In this document: in pieces, positions 48,231-59,500 of the stretch
How the letters are laid out: each line of letters opens with the position of its first letter
How positions within the stretch are numbered: the first letter of the stretch is position 1
Virus record (IMG/VR): IMGVR_UViG_3300023174_000110
Location: 1-64,000 of that record
DNA: 64,000 nucleotides
Reading direction: 5' to 3' (one strand)
Source: a virus
Notes under the pieces: model-generated
Told to the model about the DNA's origin: nothing
The model's database searches: none
What the model saw: the letters and a program-made list of their open reading frames with translations, nothing else
Position numbers and translations under genes: made by a program

Positions 48231-48248
48231 GGCCACCCGAAGGTGGCC
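48231..48248 (-). other. cUUCGg tetraloop hairpin
   Basis: GGCCACC-TTCG-GGTGGCC on the minus strand, intergenic, no U tract after it. Confidence 0.7.
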
Positions 48249-48280
48249 ACATAAAAAATAATATAAATTATAAAACTACT

Positions 48281-50257
48281 TTAGAATGTACCACCATCTA
48301 AAGCACTAGTCCAAACTGGAACACCAGCATTTGTAACAGTAAGAATTTGATTACTCCATGTTTGATCAGCGGTACCTGCGGCAGCAGTTACTAATTGACC
48401 GTCTGTGGAATTGCCATATATGATACCGTTTGTGGTAAATGTTGAACGACCTGTACCACCTTGACCAACAGTTAAACCAGAAATTGCCGAGAACGTTGCA
48501 GCTGTTAAACGGCCATAAGCATCAACAGTCAATGAAGATATTGTGTTGTTCGAAGCACCAGAACCTGTTGCTGAGAAGTTTGAATTAGCAAGAGTTTGTA
48601 GAGCACCTGTACCATTACCAACAAGAATTGCACCTGTTGTAAATGAACCTTGTCCTGTACCACCTCTTGCAACACCTAATGTACCAGAAGTAATTTGTGA
48701 AGTAGCAATTGCAATATCTTCAGTTGTAGCAGCTGTTACACGGCCATAAGGATCAACAGTAAGAGATGTAATTGTTCTTGAAGTACCTAATGTACCACCA
48801 GTTAACACATATGTTGTATTTGCCAATGTTGCAACAGTATTACTACCAGTGCCAATAACTAACTGACCTAATGTTAATGATGTTGTAGATGTTACAGAAG
48901 AATTGGCCTTATCAAATGCAGCTTGTGAGTGGTCGTTTAGATTGAGACCATTAGCAATAACTTTACCAAAAACACTTAATGTGCCATTGTTAGCAAAGGT
49001 TGCTACATAATTATTGTTTGCACGAATGTATACTTCTTTTGTAGTGTCACTTACATTAACATTAGTTTGTTCACCACCCAAATATAGTTCAGCAGTAGAA
49101 GCATCAATATTGCCACCAGCACGAACATGGATGTGATTTGGTGCGGTTGGATCAACAACAATATATTGGTTACCTGATGCGGCATATGCTTGATTTGGAT
49201 ACAAATTCAATACAGCGCCTGCATTACCATAAAAACCATCAGATACGGCTGTTGTGGCAATCAAATTACCTTTAACAAATCTCGCATTAACGTTTGCATG
49301 TCTAAAAGATGCATTAGCAACATCAATGCTATTACCAGTCAATTCAGGAGTGTAGTTATCAAATACGTGGTATTCTTTTGTACCAGCATCACGGAAGAAA
49401 CCGGTATGTCTGTTTGTAGAACCATCATTGTAATGAGCAGCAAAACCAATATCAACTGCATCAGATGTGTTATTTGAAGCTAAGATAATTAATGGATCAA
49501 CAACATTCAATGTGGATGTGTTAACTGTTGTGTGTGAGCCTTGAACTGTTAAGTTACCAGAAATTGTAATGTTGCCATCAATAGTCTGACTTGTGATTGC
49601 TGTATTGGAACGAACAACTGTATTATCGACATCTAAAGTTACTTGGTCACCAGAAACGTTACTTGTTATGCCAGCACCACCAACAACAGTAAGTGTGTCA
49701 CCGCCAGAAATGGTTGTAGTACCAGAATCACCATTTAAAGTAAATGATGTTGAAATTGATTGTGTCGAGATTGCTGTAACACGGCCGTTAGCGGCAACAG
49801 TAACAACTGGAATTGCAGTCGAAGAACCGTATGATCCAGCAGATAAACCGGGAATAGCATTAAGTGAAGCATTTAGTGTTACGTTACCTGTACCATTAAA
49901 ACCTACAGCACTAGCAGTAATGTCGCCACCAGAAATAGAAAAATCTCTAGAGTTTTGTAATTGCACAGCAGCATTTGCAGTACCTTGAATAGTACCAATA
50001 ATGTTGGCAGTAATGAAATTAAACGAAGCGTTGCCTGTGGCATCTCGTTTAACCAACGTATCTGGAGTGGCAGCATTAGTGGCATTATCAATGGCTTGCG
50101 TGTAGTATATACCACCAACGTTGATAGCACCATTACCTGCGGCAGTACCTAAGAATAATGTGTTTGATTGATACGAGTACGCTAATTCACCAGCAGCGAG
50201 CGAACTTGGGCGTCCTGTGCTCGATGAACGTTTAATTAAAATATTTGTATTTGCCAT
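48281..50257 (-). CDS. tail fibre protein
   Basis: IKRS...PSSLAAGELAY N-terminus, TVD.YGR.TAA and GGTG repeats, ends DGGTF. Confidence 0.8.
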   Translation of the reverse strand: MANTNILIKRSSSTGRPSSLAAGELAYSYQSNTLFLGTAAGNGAINVGGIYYTQAIDNATNAATPDTLVKRDATGNASFNFITANIIGTIQGTANAAVQLQNSRDFSISGGDITASAVGFNGTGNVTLNASLNAIPGLSAGSYGSSTAIPVVTVAANGRVTAISTQSISTSFTLNGDSGTTTISGGDTLTVVGGAGITSNVSGDQVTLDVDNTVVRSNTAITSQTIDGNITISGNLTVQGSHTTVNTSTLNVVDPLIILASNNTSDAVDIGFAAHYNDGSTNRHTGFFRDAGTKEYHVFDNYTPELTGNSIDVANASFRHANVNARFVKGNLIATTAVSDGFYGNAGAVLNLYPNQAYAASGNQYIVVDPTAPNHIHVRAGGNIDASTAELYLGGEQTNVNVSDTTKEVYIRANNNYVATFANNGTLSVFGKVIANGLNLNDHSQAAFDKANSSVTSTTSLTLGQLVIGTGSNTVATLANTTYVLTGGTLGTSRTITSLTVDPYGRVTAATTEDIAIATSQITSGTLGVARGGTGQGSFTTGAILVGNGTGALQTLANSNFSATGSGASNNTISSLTVDAYGRLTAATFSAISGLTVGQGGTGRSTFTTNGIIYGNSTDGQLVTAAAGTADQTWSNQILTVTNAGVPVWTSALDGGTF

Positions 50258-50299
50258 TTTTTTTCCTTATTATTAGGCTAATTGTTCCACTACTACTAT

Positions 50300-50536
50300 T
50301 TAGAAATTTCCACCGTCTATGGTCGCAACATTAATATTACCATTTGCATCCCTAAGAACTACTGTATTTGCTGCATTTTCCGTAGTGGTTAAACCACCAA
50401 CCGTGATTATTTTACCATTTCTATCACCAATAAAAAATGTATTGGATACAAAAGAATACGCCAATTCACCATCATCTAGATTGGACGGCCTTGTGTTTGC
50501 ATATGAACGGAGTATCTGTATGGTTGTATTGGCCAT
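50300..50536 (-). CDS. minimal fibre linker protein
   Basis: ILRS...PSNLDDGELAY domain followed by C-terminal DGGNF. Confidence 0.7.
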   Translation of the reverse strand: MANTTIQILRSYANTRPSNLDDGELAYSFVSNTFFIGDRNGKIITVGGLTTTENAANTVVLRDANGNINVATIDGGNF

Positions 50537-50760
50537 CAGAACTCTCCGGCATCCAAACTAGCAGCTGCTCCAGAAACTGGAGCCAATTTAAATGAATTCG
50601 TATCGGCTTCATAAACCACGACATCTCCATCAGCCGCACCCGTTATTGACAGGTCTGTGGCACTTTTTAATGTTCTGGCACCATAGGTAATCGACCTGAC
50701 CGCACTGGTTTTCTGAGTATTAACTTGCACATTGACTGTGCCTATTACTTGTCCTGGCAT
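50536..50760 (-). CDS. small fibre adaptor
   Basis: L...TD......DGDVVVY motif, ends DAGEF. Confidence 0.65.
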   Translation of the reverse strand: MPGQVIGTVNVQVNTQKTSAVRSITYGARTLKSATDLSITGAADGDVVVYEADTNSFKLAPVSGAAASLDAGEF

Positions 50761-50762
50761 TT

Positions 50763-51104
50763 TTAAAACCTAGTTACTTGTGGAAGAACACTAACAGTAC
50801 CTTCTAGAACTCTAGTGATTGTGTTAGATGAATCTTTAATTGCCACGTCATATACATATCTGCCTGCTGCAATATTTGCTGTCGTATTTGCAGCCAGATT
50901 TAAAATAATACCACCTTCTGTTGGAGTAGGAATGGTTACAATAAAAGTGGCTGTAGCATTAGCAGAATAATAAGACCTTCTTATCTGTCCTTTAGCCTGC
51001 ATGCCAGTCAAATCATAAGCCACACCATCAACATCATCTAAAGTGATAGTTGTTGAAAAGGTTGTACCTTGTTCTAAAAATAAATCTTGGTAACCGGCCG
51101 GCAT
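50763..51104 (-). CDS. Ig-like fibre-anchoring adaptor (BppU-like)
   Basis: L.LEQGTTF, DLTG..A..QIR, GRYVYDV, TRVLEG.V.V.P.VT. Confidence 0.7.
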   Translation of the reverse strand: MPAGYQDLFLEQGTTFSTTITLDDVDGVAYDLTGMQAKGQIRRSYYSANATATFIVTIPTPTEGGIILNLAANTTANIAAGRYVYDVAIKDSSNTITRVLEGTVSVLPQVTRF

Positions 51105-51134
51105 TCTTTATCCTATTGGTATTTAGTTTTAATT

Positions 51135-53336
51135 TTATTTGGATTTTAACAAATCCATTTCAGCTTTTAATTCTTTTATGGCCTCTATTAGTAAAGGAAC
51201 CATTCTTTCATAACGTACTGTCATATACTGTGGATCAATAGGTGCCGGTGCAACAACCTCAGGCATAACCCTTTGAACATCTTGGGCTGAAATACCAACC
51301 TCACGAACAGGAGTATAACCTAACGATTGAGCGGTCTCATTGGCTTCATGGTAGAAACCAGTTAAAGACATTACTTTATCTAAAGCATTTTCAATGGTAC
51401 CCAAACGTGTTTTTAATCTGTCGTCTGAATAATAAGCAGTGATGTTATTAGTTGCTCGAATTTCACCTGCAGTACCAGATGCGGCTGTGCCAACACCAAG
51501 AGAATTAAATCTTGTATTATCACCCGTACCAACACTTTGATTAATTGTAAATCCAGTTACGCCTGCGGCTGTTCCTGGTATGGCACCACTAATTTGAGAA
51601 CCAGGTATTGAACCTGTTACTTTCGTTGAAGCTAACGATGTAATAAATGCAGGATTAGCATAAGAACCATTTGTATATACACCATTGGTAACTGTGCCAG
51701 CATTACCGGATATACTAATATTTTTGGTGGTTGTAGAATTTAATACCGAATCTATTGATGAATTAACAAAAGCAGTAGTTGCAATTTGTGTTGTGTTTGT
51801 ATTGGTCGTGGCAGTTGGTGCTGCAGGAGTTCCTGTCAATGTCGGACTAGCAATAGTTGCTTTTCTTGTTTCAAGGTCTTGTATTGCTAATTGAATGGTG
51901 TTCTGAGTAATACCACCAAATGGTGTAAATGTTAAGTTATTAGCAAAAAATGGTCCACGAGTTGTCCAATATATTGTGTTGGCGTTAGCGGCCAATACAG
52001 ATCCATTTGCTACGCCAATTGTAGATGGTAATAAGTTAATTAAGCCTTGAACTTTTTCAGATGCACCTATGCCACCGTTTTCTACTGAAAGTGGATTACC
52101 TAAACTGTAAATACTGTTAAATGTTGGATTGGATAAGGTGGTTAACTCTTGTGGAGTATTTACAAATAATGTATTTCCTGTTGCCGAAATTACAACACCA
52201 TTATTACTATTAAACGACATTCTTCCGTTAGTGGCCACAGCCGAAACACCGGTTGTACCAGTAAATACATTTGATGATGTATTTGCACGAGCAAATGCCG
52301 TATGTGAATATTGATTGGCGGCCGCCAAAGTGGTTGTTAAAGTATTTACATTTGATGTAAACGTATTTGTATTTGCTCGCACTTGTGTTTGTAAATCAAA
52401 CACAGCTGTTGATGTTGCCACGTTTAAAGAATTATTCAACATTGTTGAATCACTTAAATGCATATTGGTCAATACTCTAAAGTGTTGACCGTTTTGAACG
52501 TCAAGTGTTTCCCAATATTTTAATGATTCATTCCATCTAAAAGAAGCATTTGCACCACTAATACCTCGATCAACACCTAGAGTACTTGTTTGTCCTGCAC
52601 CAGCACCAGCATTCAATACAAAAGTGTTGGAAGAATAAATGGTTGGCGCACTAACTACAAAATTTCCAGAAACGGTCATTGATCCGGCAATAAAACTATC
52701 AAATGTTCCAACTCTACCAAAGAAATCTCTACCACGAACATCAGTGGTTACATTTAAATCAGAAATAACGTTGGTGGTTACGTTTAGATATGGCGTTGTT
52801 ATTTGGTTATTGGCAGTAATGTCCTCAAAAGTACCTCTTGTTGTAGCAGTAATATATGGTGCCGATACACCAGAATTAGCTCTTAAATTATTAACCCAAG
52901 CTGAACCTGTGGTGTTTAATGTTGAAGCTAAAACCACATTATTGCTTGTTAAATTATTAACTCGTGCAATATCTGTAATATTAAGAGTTGATGACCTTAC
53001 TAATGTGTTAGCTGTAATATTATCAGTAACTATTTGTTTGTGTATAATTGCATTGTTTGCAACTTGTAATGTGAAACCAGGAGCATCCAAATAAACGTTG
53101 GCCAACAGAGTTGAATCACCACCAACCGATAAGGTTGTGGAAACAACTGCGGCACCAAGAGCTGCTGTGTTTGTTACGGATAAACCTGTACCAATACCAC
53201 TAACATATAATGTTCCACTATCCTTTGTGTAATTATTGGCACCAAGATTGTTTAATTCTTTCGCAATAATATTTTGTTGGGCCAGAAGGTCACCAAAGGT
53301 ATTTGTGAAGTTTAAAACTGATACGGTATTAGCCAT
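51135..53336 (-). CDS. tail fibre protein with C-terminal intramolecular chaperone (peptidase S74)
   Basis: YYSDDRLK...ALDKV..L.G...GISAQDV..V.PE.V...YERMVPLLIEAIKEL. Confidence 0.88.
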   Translation of the reverse strand: MANTVSVLNFTNTFGDLLAQQNIIAKELNNLGANNYTKDSGTLYVSGIGTGLSVTNTAALGAAVVSTTLSVGGDSTLLANVYLDAPGFTLQVANNAIIHKQIVTDNITANTLVRSSTLNITDIARVNNLTSNNVVLASTLNTTGSAWVNNLRANSGVSAPYITATTRGTFEDITANNQITTPYLNVTTNVISDLNVTTDVRGRDFFGRVGTFDSFIAGSMTVSGNFVVSAPTIYSSNTFVLNAGAGAGQTSTLGVDRGISGANASFRWNESLKYWETLDVQNGQHFRVLTNMHLSDSTMLNNSLNVATSTAVFDLQTQVRANTNTFTSNVNTLTTTLAAANQYSHTAFARANTSSNVFTGTTGVSAVATNGRMSFNSNNGVVISATGNTLFVNTPQELTTLSNPTFNSIYSLGNPLSVENGGIGASEKVQGLINLLPSTIGVANGSVLAANANTIYWTTRGPFFANNLTFTPFGGITQNTIQLAIQDLETRKATIASPTLTGTPAAPTATTNTNTTQIATTAFVNSSIDSVLNSTTTKNISISGNAGTVTNGVYTNGSYANPAFITSLASTKVTGSIPGSQISGAIPGTAAGVTGFTINQSVGTGDNTRFNSLGVGTAASGTAGEIRATNNITAYYSDDRLKTRLGTIENALDKVMSLTGFYHEANETAQSLGYTPVREVGISAQDVQRVMPEVVAPAPIDPQYMTVRYERMVPLLIEAIKELKAEMDLLKSK

Positions 53337-53338
53337 TA

Positions 53339-53557
53339 TTATTTCCTGGAGGATAACTGAATCAACATATTTTTGATGATTTTAATATCATCTCTTACTT
53401 CATTGATTTCATTTTTAATTTTATTTATTTCTTCTTTTTGGCTTCCCATTAATTCTTTTTTAAAGTTGTAATCATCCAAACCAGCTGTATCTTGGTTGAT
53501 TAAAGCCATTGTTTTAGTATCTCTTACAAATGTTGTACCAGTTACTTTAACTAACAT
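53339..53557 (-). CDS. small conserved coiled-coil protein
   Basis: KV.G..FVRD..T.ALIN followed by a coiled coil; start moved to MLVKV. Confidence 0.65.
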   Translation of the reverse strand: MLVKVTGTTFVRDTKTMALINQDTAGLDDYNFKKELMGSQKEEINKIKNEINEVRDDIKIIKNMLIQLSSRK

Positions 53558-53558
53558 A

Positions 53559-56500
53559 TTAAACCGCCGATGGTAAAGCGATAGCACGAATGTCCGAAAG
53601 GTACGGAACAAAAGTGTTATCTGATGTTGATAAAACAACTTTAATAGCGAATTGGCTAAAGTTGTTATACGTTTGATTTGTTACATCACTAGTATATGAA
53701 ACATAATTTTGTGCTTTGCCAAATGATCCTGGTGCGGCAACAAACTCATATGTATCATCTCGTGTTTGGGAATATAATGAATCACTATTGTTAATTAGTG
53801 TCATCAATTGCCATGTACCTTCTTCAAATTTCTGTGTATCACTTCTAGAAAGTATTTTATAATATACGTATATATTTGTATTGACCGGACGATAAGCAGT
53901 AAAGTAAACTCTTAGATCGCCAGAATCAAAACCTTGGTTCAACACAACCTTCTTAGTAAAATATCTGGCCAATGCATTGCCACCAGATTTAGAAGTTTCA
54001 CCAGCAAGAATAACGGAGGCATTTGAATTGCCAGAACGAGTACTATTATCCGTTATTGTTATTGTGGGAGTAGTTATATAACCTGAACCAGCATTAGTAA
54101 TGTAAACACTATCAATAACACCGCCAACAACGTTGGCCATCGCAGTTGCGCCGGTACCATAACCATCAGTAGAGTTCACGGTTACGGAAACTGTTTGTGC
54201 ATTGTATCCTGTTCCACCAGAAACAACTGTTATAATGTTGTTTGATAATCCAAGATTATTAATGCTCCATGTTATAGAATATACACTTAATCCATCATCA
54301 GAAATTACAGGAGAAACAGCATCATTTACAGAAGTCATTGTTGCAAATAGAGAGAATGACGTATTTGAATTTGCATTTAATACACGTTGTCCCAAACCAT
54401 CATTCAAATAAATGTCATCATAAGTTGGTGTACCAAATTTACCAGGAGTTACACTTACAGTAGGTGCACCTGCATATGATGATTTTACTGTTGATGCATA
54501 TTGGTAACCCACAGAAGTTGTACCTGGTATAAAATCTGTTGTTGAAATATTAAAAGCATCGACAGAAACATCCGTGTTCTCAAAAGATGTTATTGTATTT
54601 GAAATAGAATTTGCATTTAAATAATATTCTATTTCTTGACCAACAATTTTTCTACTAGGTAATTTATTAGGTACAACAAATTGTATTTGTGGTTGTGAAC
54701 CAACATCAAATACACATCTTTCAACAACAAACATCATAGATTCATTTTGATCTGCTGTCCATGTTTGAGAATTTTGTGATACAAATAATGAACCAACATA
54801 CGGCGCAGAGTTAATTTTTGTTGTTGTAGCTGGTGTAGGATCAGTTGGCAAATTTTTAACTGATGAAGAAATTGCTGTATCACCGTTTTGTGCGGTATAA
54901 ATTGTATACTCGTTAGATGTAGGACATTTTAATATAAATGCATACAATTTATTTGGTTCCAAATAAACTGGTGTTGGGAATTTAAATACTGTATATGTAT
55001 TAGGATTTAAATAGTGTGGATCATTGGATGTTTTTATGTGTTCGGCTGTTAAAGTTACTTGTGAATGATCCAAAGTTTCTCCACCAGGATATCCATTGAC
55101 TGTACCTACAATTGATATTGTTACAGGTGCATATCCAGTAGAAGGCTTGGTGGCAAAGAAAACTTTAATTGAATCTAAAAAACAACCGTTTGGATAATTA
55201 TCTTTATCGATAATAAATGTTTGAGCTACTGGATCCCACACAGTTGTGTAATTATAACTACTTACATTTGTTTTGGTTTGTGTTTGTGTAAATGTATTTT
55301 TTGCTGAATCAATTGAAGAAGCATAATTTACACCTTGTTTTGTTGTTTGTAAACCAGAAGCATGGAATGTAGCTTCAGAGAATGTTGTTTCTGAACCTAT
55401 ATTACCAGCAATTCGATTATCTACTCTGAAAGTTCTTTGGCCTGTTTTGAAAGTAGCACCAGGCAAAGCAAAAATACCAGATAACATACCAACTTCATTG
55501 GTTGTTAGTTTTCCAATAGAGTAGATGTCATTTGCAGCTGCACCAACTCCTGTTGTTAAAGTTGCTGTTTTTGTGGTCGTGTTGTACGCACTAATTACAG
55601 AAGATCGTCCTGCACCAGAACCACTAATAACATACAATGTTTGACCGGTATAAATGTCGGTGTTTGATGACGCAACAGACAACTGAATCGATGTTGTTGA
55701 GTTTGCACTTCTTAATCTTCCTGATACACCGGTATATGAAACAATTCTACCACTAGCAGTAGATGATTGATATTGTCCAGATGTATTAAATTTGGCATTC
55801 TGCAGTGTTACGCCAGAATTAAATGTAATTCCTTCTAAAGTTACAACATACAAACGAACATTTGAGTTTTGTGGATTAACATAATAAGAAACAATTTTGG
55901 CATAAGGTGTAAAGTTACCACCAGCAAATAAACCAATAACATCTCCATCAGCAAATGATCCACTAACATTTGTTAATTCTATAATATTTGGTTTACGAAT
56001 ATATTTGTCAACTAAAACACCATCAAAATATGCACTTACATCGGTGTTAACCAACATACCATAAGTATTGAACTGTAAAAATTGTTGGCGAATATATGGT
56101 AAAATACTGACATCGGTAATGTATCCAGATGTTTCGAGGTAACTGGAACTTAACTTATCATATTTACCTAATACAGTTTTTTGTTGTTGCTCTGTGTAGG
56201 TTGTAACCTGATTTACTCTCCAGTTTCTTCCGGCAGCAATTACATTATCTGTGGTGGTGGCTACTGTTGTTTTCCAATCACCAACTTGCAACACATTAAC
56301 TTGATCACTTGCACGATATACTTGTAGATTTGGATCAACAATTAATAAATCAGGAGCTTTTTCGGTATCAACCCAATTGTCCATTGGAGGAGTTAAATCC
56401 ATTACACCCGAATTCAATGATACAGCAAATGGATTTAAATTAACTGTACGAGAAGCAATCTGTTGAGTAATAACATTGGATGTTGTATAAGATAACGTAA

Positions 56501-59500
56501 AGAAATTGGATTTTCCAGCAGTAGTAATTTTGTAACCTAAATTATTTGCACTGGTGGAATCTAATTGACCCATATTGTATATCAATGATAGTGATTGTAA
56601 TGGGAAATTTTTAACCACTTGCGCTGCTGTCATTTGTTTTGTTCTGCGGTTAACGGAAACCAAATAATCATTATTGGAAATATCAGATGCAGCATAACTA
56701 GAAAAATCATCTACTAATATACCATTTTTAAATCGGTTTAAACCATTACCATCAGCAATTTGTAATGAAGCAGCACCTTTTTCCAAAGTGTTTAGAGCCG
56801 TATAGTATTCAATATTATTAACTCTGCTCTCCAAATCGGAGATATCTCTCATTTGCCAGCGTTTATGTTTTACTCTTTCAATTGAAAGATTTGGTAATTC
56901 TCCTGTTGCTTCACCTGGAATGTAAGCTGTGTATGGATCATGAGTTAAGTTTGCAATAACGAGTGCACCATCTGGTTCACCAGGCGAAATTGGATTGGAT
57001 GAAGGAGTGCCTTGGATAATTTCAAAAGACCTATCTTTACTTAAAATAAGTTTATCTTTTCTACTCAAGTAATAACCATAATTGGATTCAAATATTGAAA
57101 GATCGACAGGTATGTAAGCACCTGAGGCACCTGATCCAGATGCACTCGCTCTAATTGTAAAATTAGGTTGAGCATTAATTAAAGATGGCCTAAAGTCCAA
57201 ACAATCTCTTAATTGATATGGATTGCCAGTTGAACTTGTGTAAGATGGAATTTCAGCATAATTTTCAGGCGAAGAAGAAATTGGTGCCAAGTAGGACATT
57301 ACACTATAATATCCATCACCACCAGTTGTTGCATAGTAATCTAAAACCACAAGTAAATTACCTTTAATTGCAGGCTGACCTACACCTAAAGTAATTGTGG
57401 CAAAATCATAATGAGAATCTCTTTGGCCATTATCAAACGTAAATCTATTGGTAATATCATAAGAAGGATCGGACAACATTGCAGCTGTTGGGAATGTTGC
57501 TTGAGATTTTGTGTCAATGATTTTTACAATTCGTTTTACATCCGTAATGTATAATTTTTGTGGAGATCCTGGATTAACCAAACCTTGCCAAGTAATATAC
57601 ACTTGACCTTGTGTTGTGTCAACATAACTGTAACTGTTGACAGTTGTTCCAGAAAGATTAACGCCGGTTGTATTACCTGTTACTAAATTTTTAGCTTTAA
57701 TAATATAACTTGTATCGTTGCCGGCTTTAACATACGTTTTAGCAATAATTGTTCCAGTAAATGCAGTTAAGTCACTAGTTGGTGTTGTAAATGTGGCCGT
57801 AGAACCTGCACCAGTAATCGAACACGTTCTAGATAAAATGTTCCAAGGAAGTGTTTGACCAGCCCTTAAACCTGCATTTGAACCAGGATTTGTTACAATG
57901 ATTTGAAAGTTTTGTGAAACGGCATCGGCTGATAATGATCCTGATCCTAAAAAAGAAAGAGTAGAAACAGGTGCAGAACCAAAAGTTAATGTTGCAACAA
58001 TGTTTCCACCAGAAATACCAAACGCAACGTTTCTAAACACCTGTGTTGTTAAGTATGAAGTGTTGTTTGCATAACTTACATATTGATTACCTAAGTTAAA
58101 CAATAACTCAGGTGCATTTGGATTTTGAAGAACGGTGTCAGCAAGAACATCATTTGTTTTTTTGCTTGATGTATCAATTGTTGCATTTGCTGTAACAGTA
58201 TATGGCGTTCCTGCTGTTGCTTTAATGATAGTTTCTATATCAGTTACATCAAACCTTAATGTAAATTGAGAAGAAGTGGTTGGTGCAACCGTAAAAGGTC
58301 TATCAACGTAAGCGATTTTGCTAGCGGCATCATATCTAGTAATTACACGAAAATCTCCAGCAGAAGTACCTTTATCAATACTCACAGTTACATTGTAGTA
58401 AGCATTTGCTACATTTGAAAATTGATTTGTGCTTGGTAATGTTATGTAAGAATTGTTTGCTGAACCGGCGGCCACATTAGCTGTTAAGGTTTGGTTTTGA
58501 ATTCCAAAAACATATGCTTTATAAATGTAAGCTGATCCATTTGCTGTGTTGGATGTACTGGAGTAAACCATATTCCTAATATATCCTGTGGCTGCTTTAG
58601 TTGAGTTGTATGAATTTTCATTTGTCAAAGAGATGCTTGTTTTATCTACCGTGTGAAAATCAACAGAAGGTAAAGTAGTTACATCAAATACACCATTGGA
58701 TGAATTGACAAAGAAATAATTTCCATAATCAATAAATGTTGGATTATTTAATACACTATCTTGAGTTCTTGCTCGGTCGTTTGTTAATGATACAGGACTT
58801 TGATTCTCCAACCTATAACCACGGACATAAGAAACACCTTTTGAAATTCCAATATCATATTTACTGGAATTAATAGTGTTTGCTTTAGGAGTTAAAGTAT
58901 AATCACTAACAATAAAGTCACCATTAGTATCATTTGTTCTTTTGGCAAAATAATCGTCAATAACAGAGTATACGGTTCCATCAACTTGTTTTTGTATTGT
59001 TCCTTCTGAAAGGCGAACCAATTCAATAAAATTGTCATCGTCACCTAATGTTAGAGGCCGAGTTTCTAACGATAAACTAATTAAATACCGGTCGGCTCCA
59101 GGAGCTTGGTAGTTTGTAGCACCTAATGCTGGATCCAGCAAAGTGGTGTCATCATTAGAATCTATAATTGTTTCTGTTGCATTTAAACCTACTCTTAAAG
59201 AAGGATTTTCGTTGTATTTGGAAAGAATAACCGTATCTTCAGAAGCAGTTACAAAATTACCTTTAACATAAAAAATACCTCTCGATATAGAAGCAATGGA
59301 TCCTTTTCCTGTAGCCTCATTACCAACAGATGAAGTAATAATAGTTGCAATATAGTTTGATCCATTTAAATAGATTGTGTCACCACTACCAAATTTATTA
59401 CCGGTAATGTACGTTACCATTAACGTTGGTGGATCACCGTCAACTCCAATAGAAGTTGATGTGGCTTCTGCAAAAGCAATTACCTTTGCAACAACCGAAC

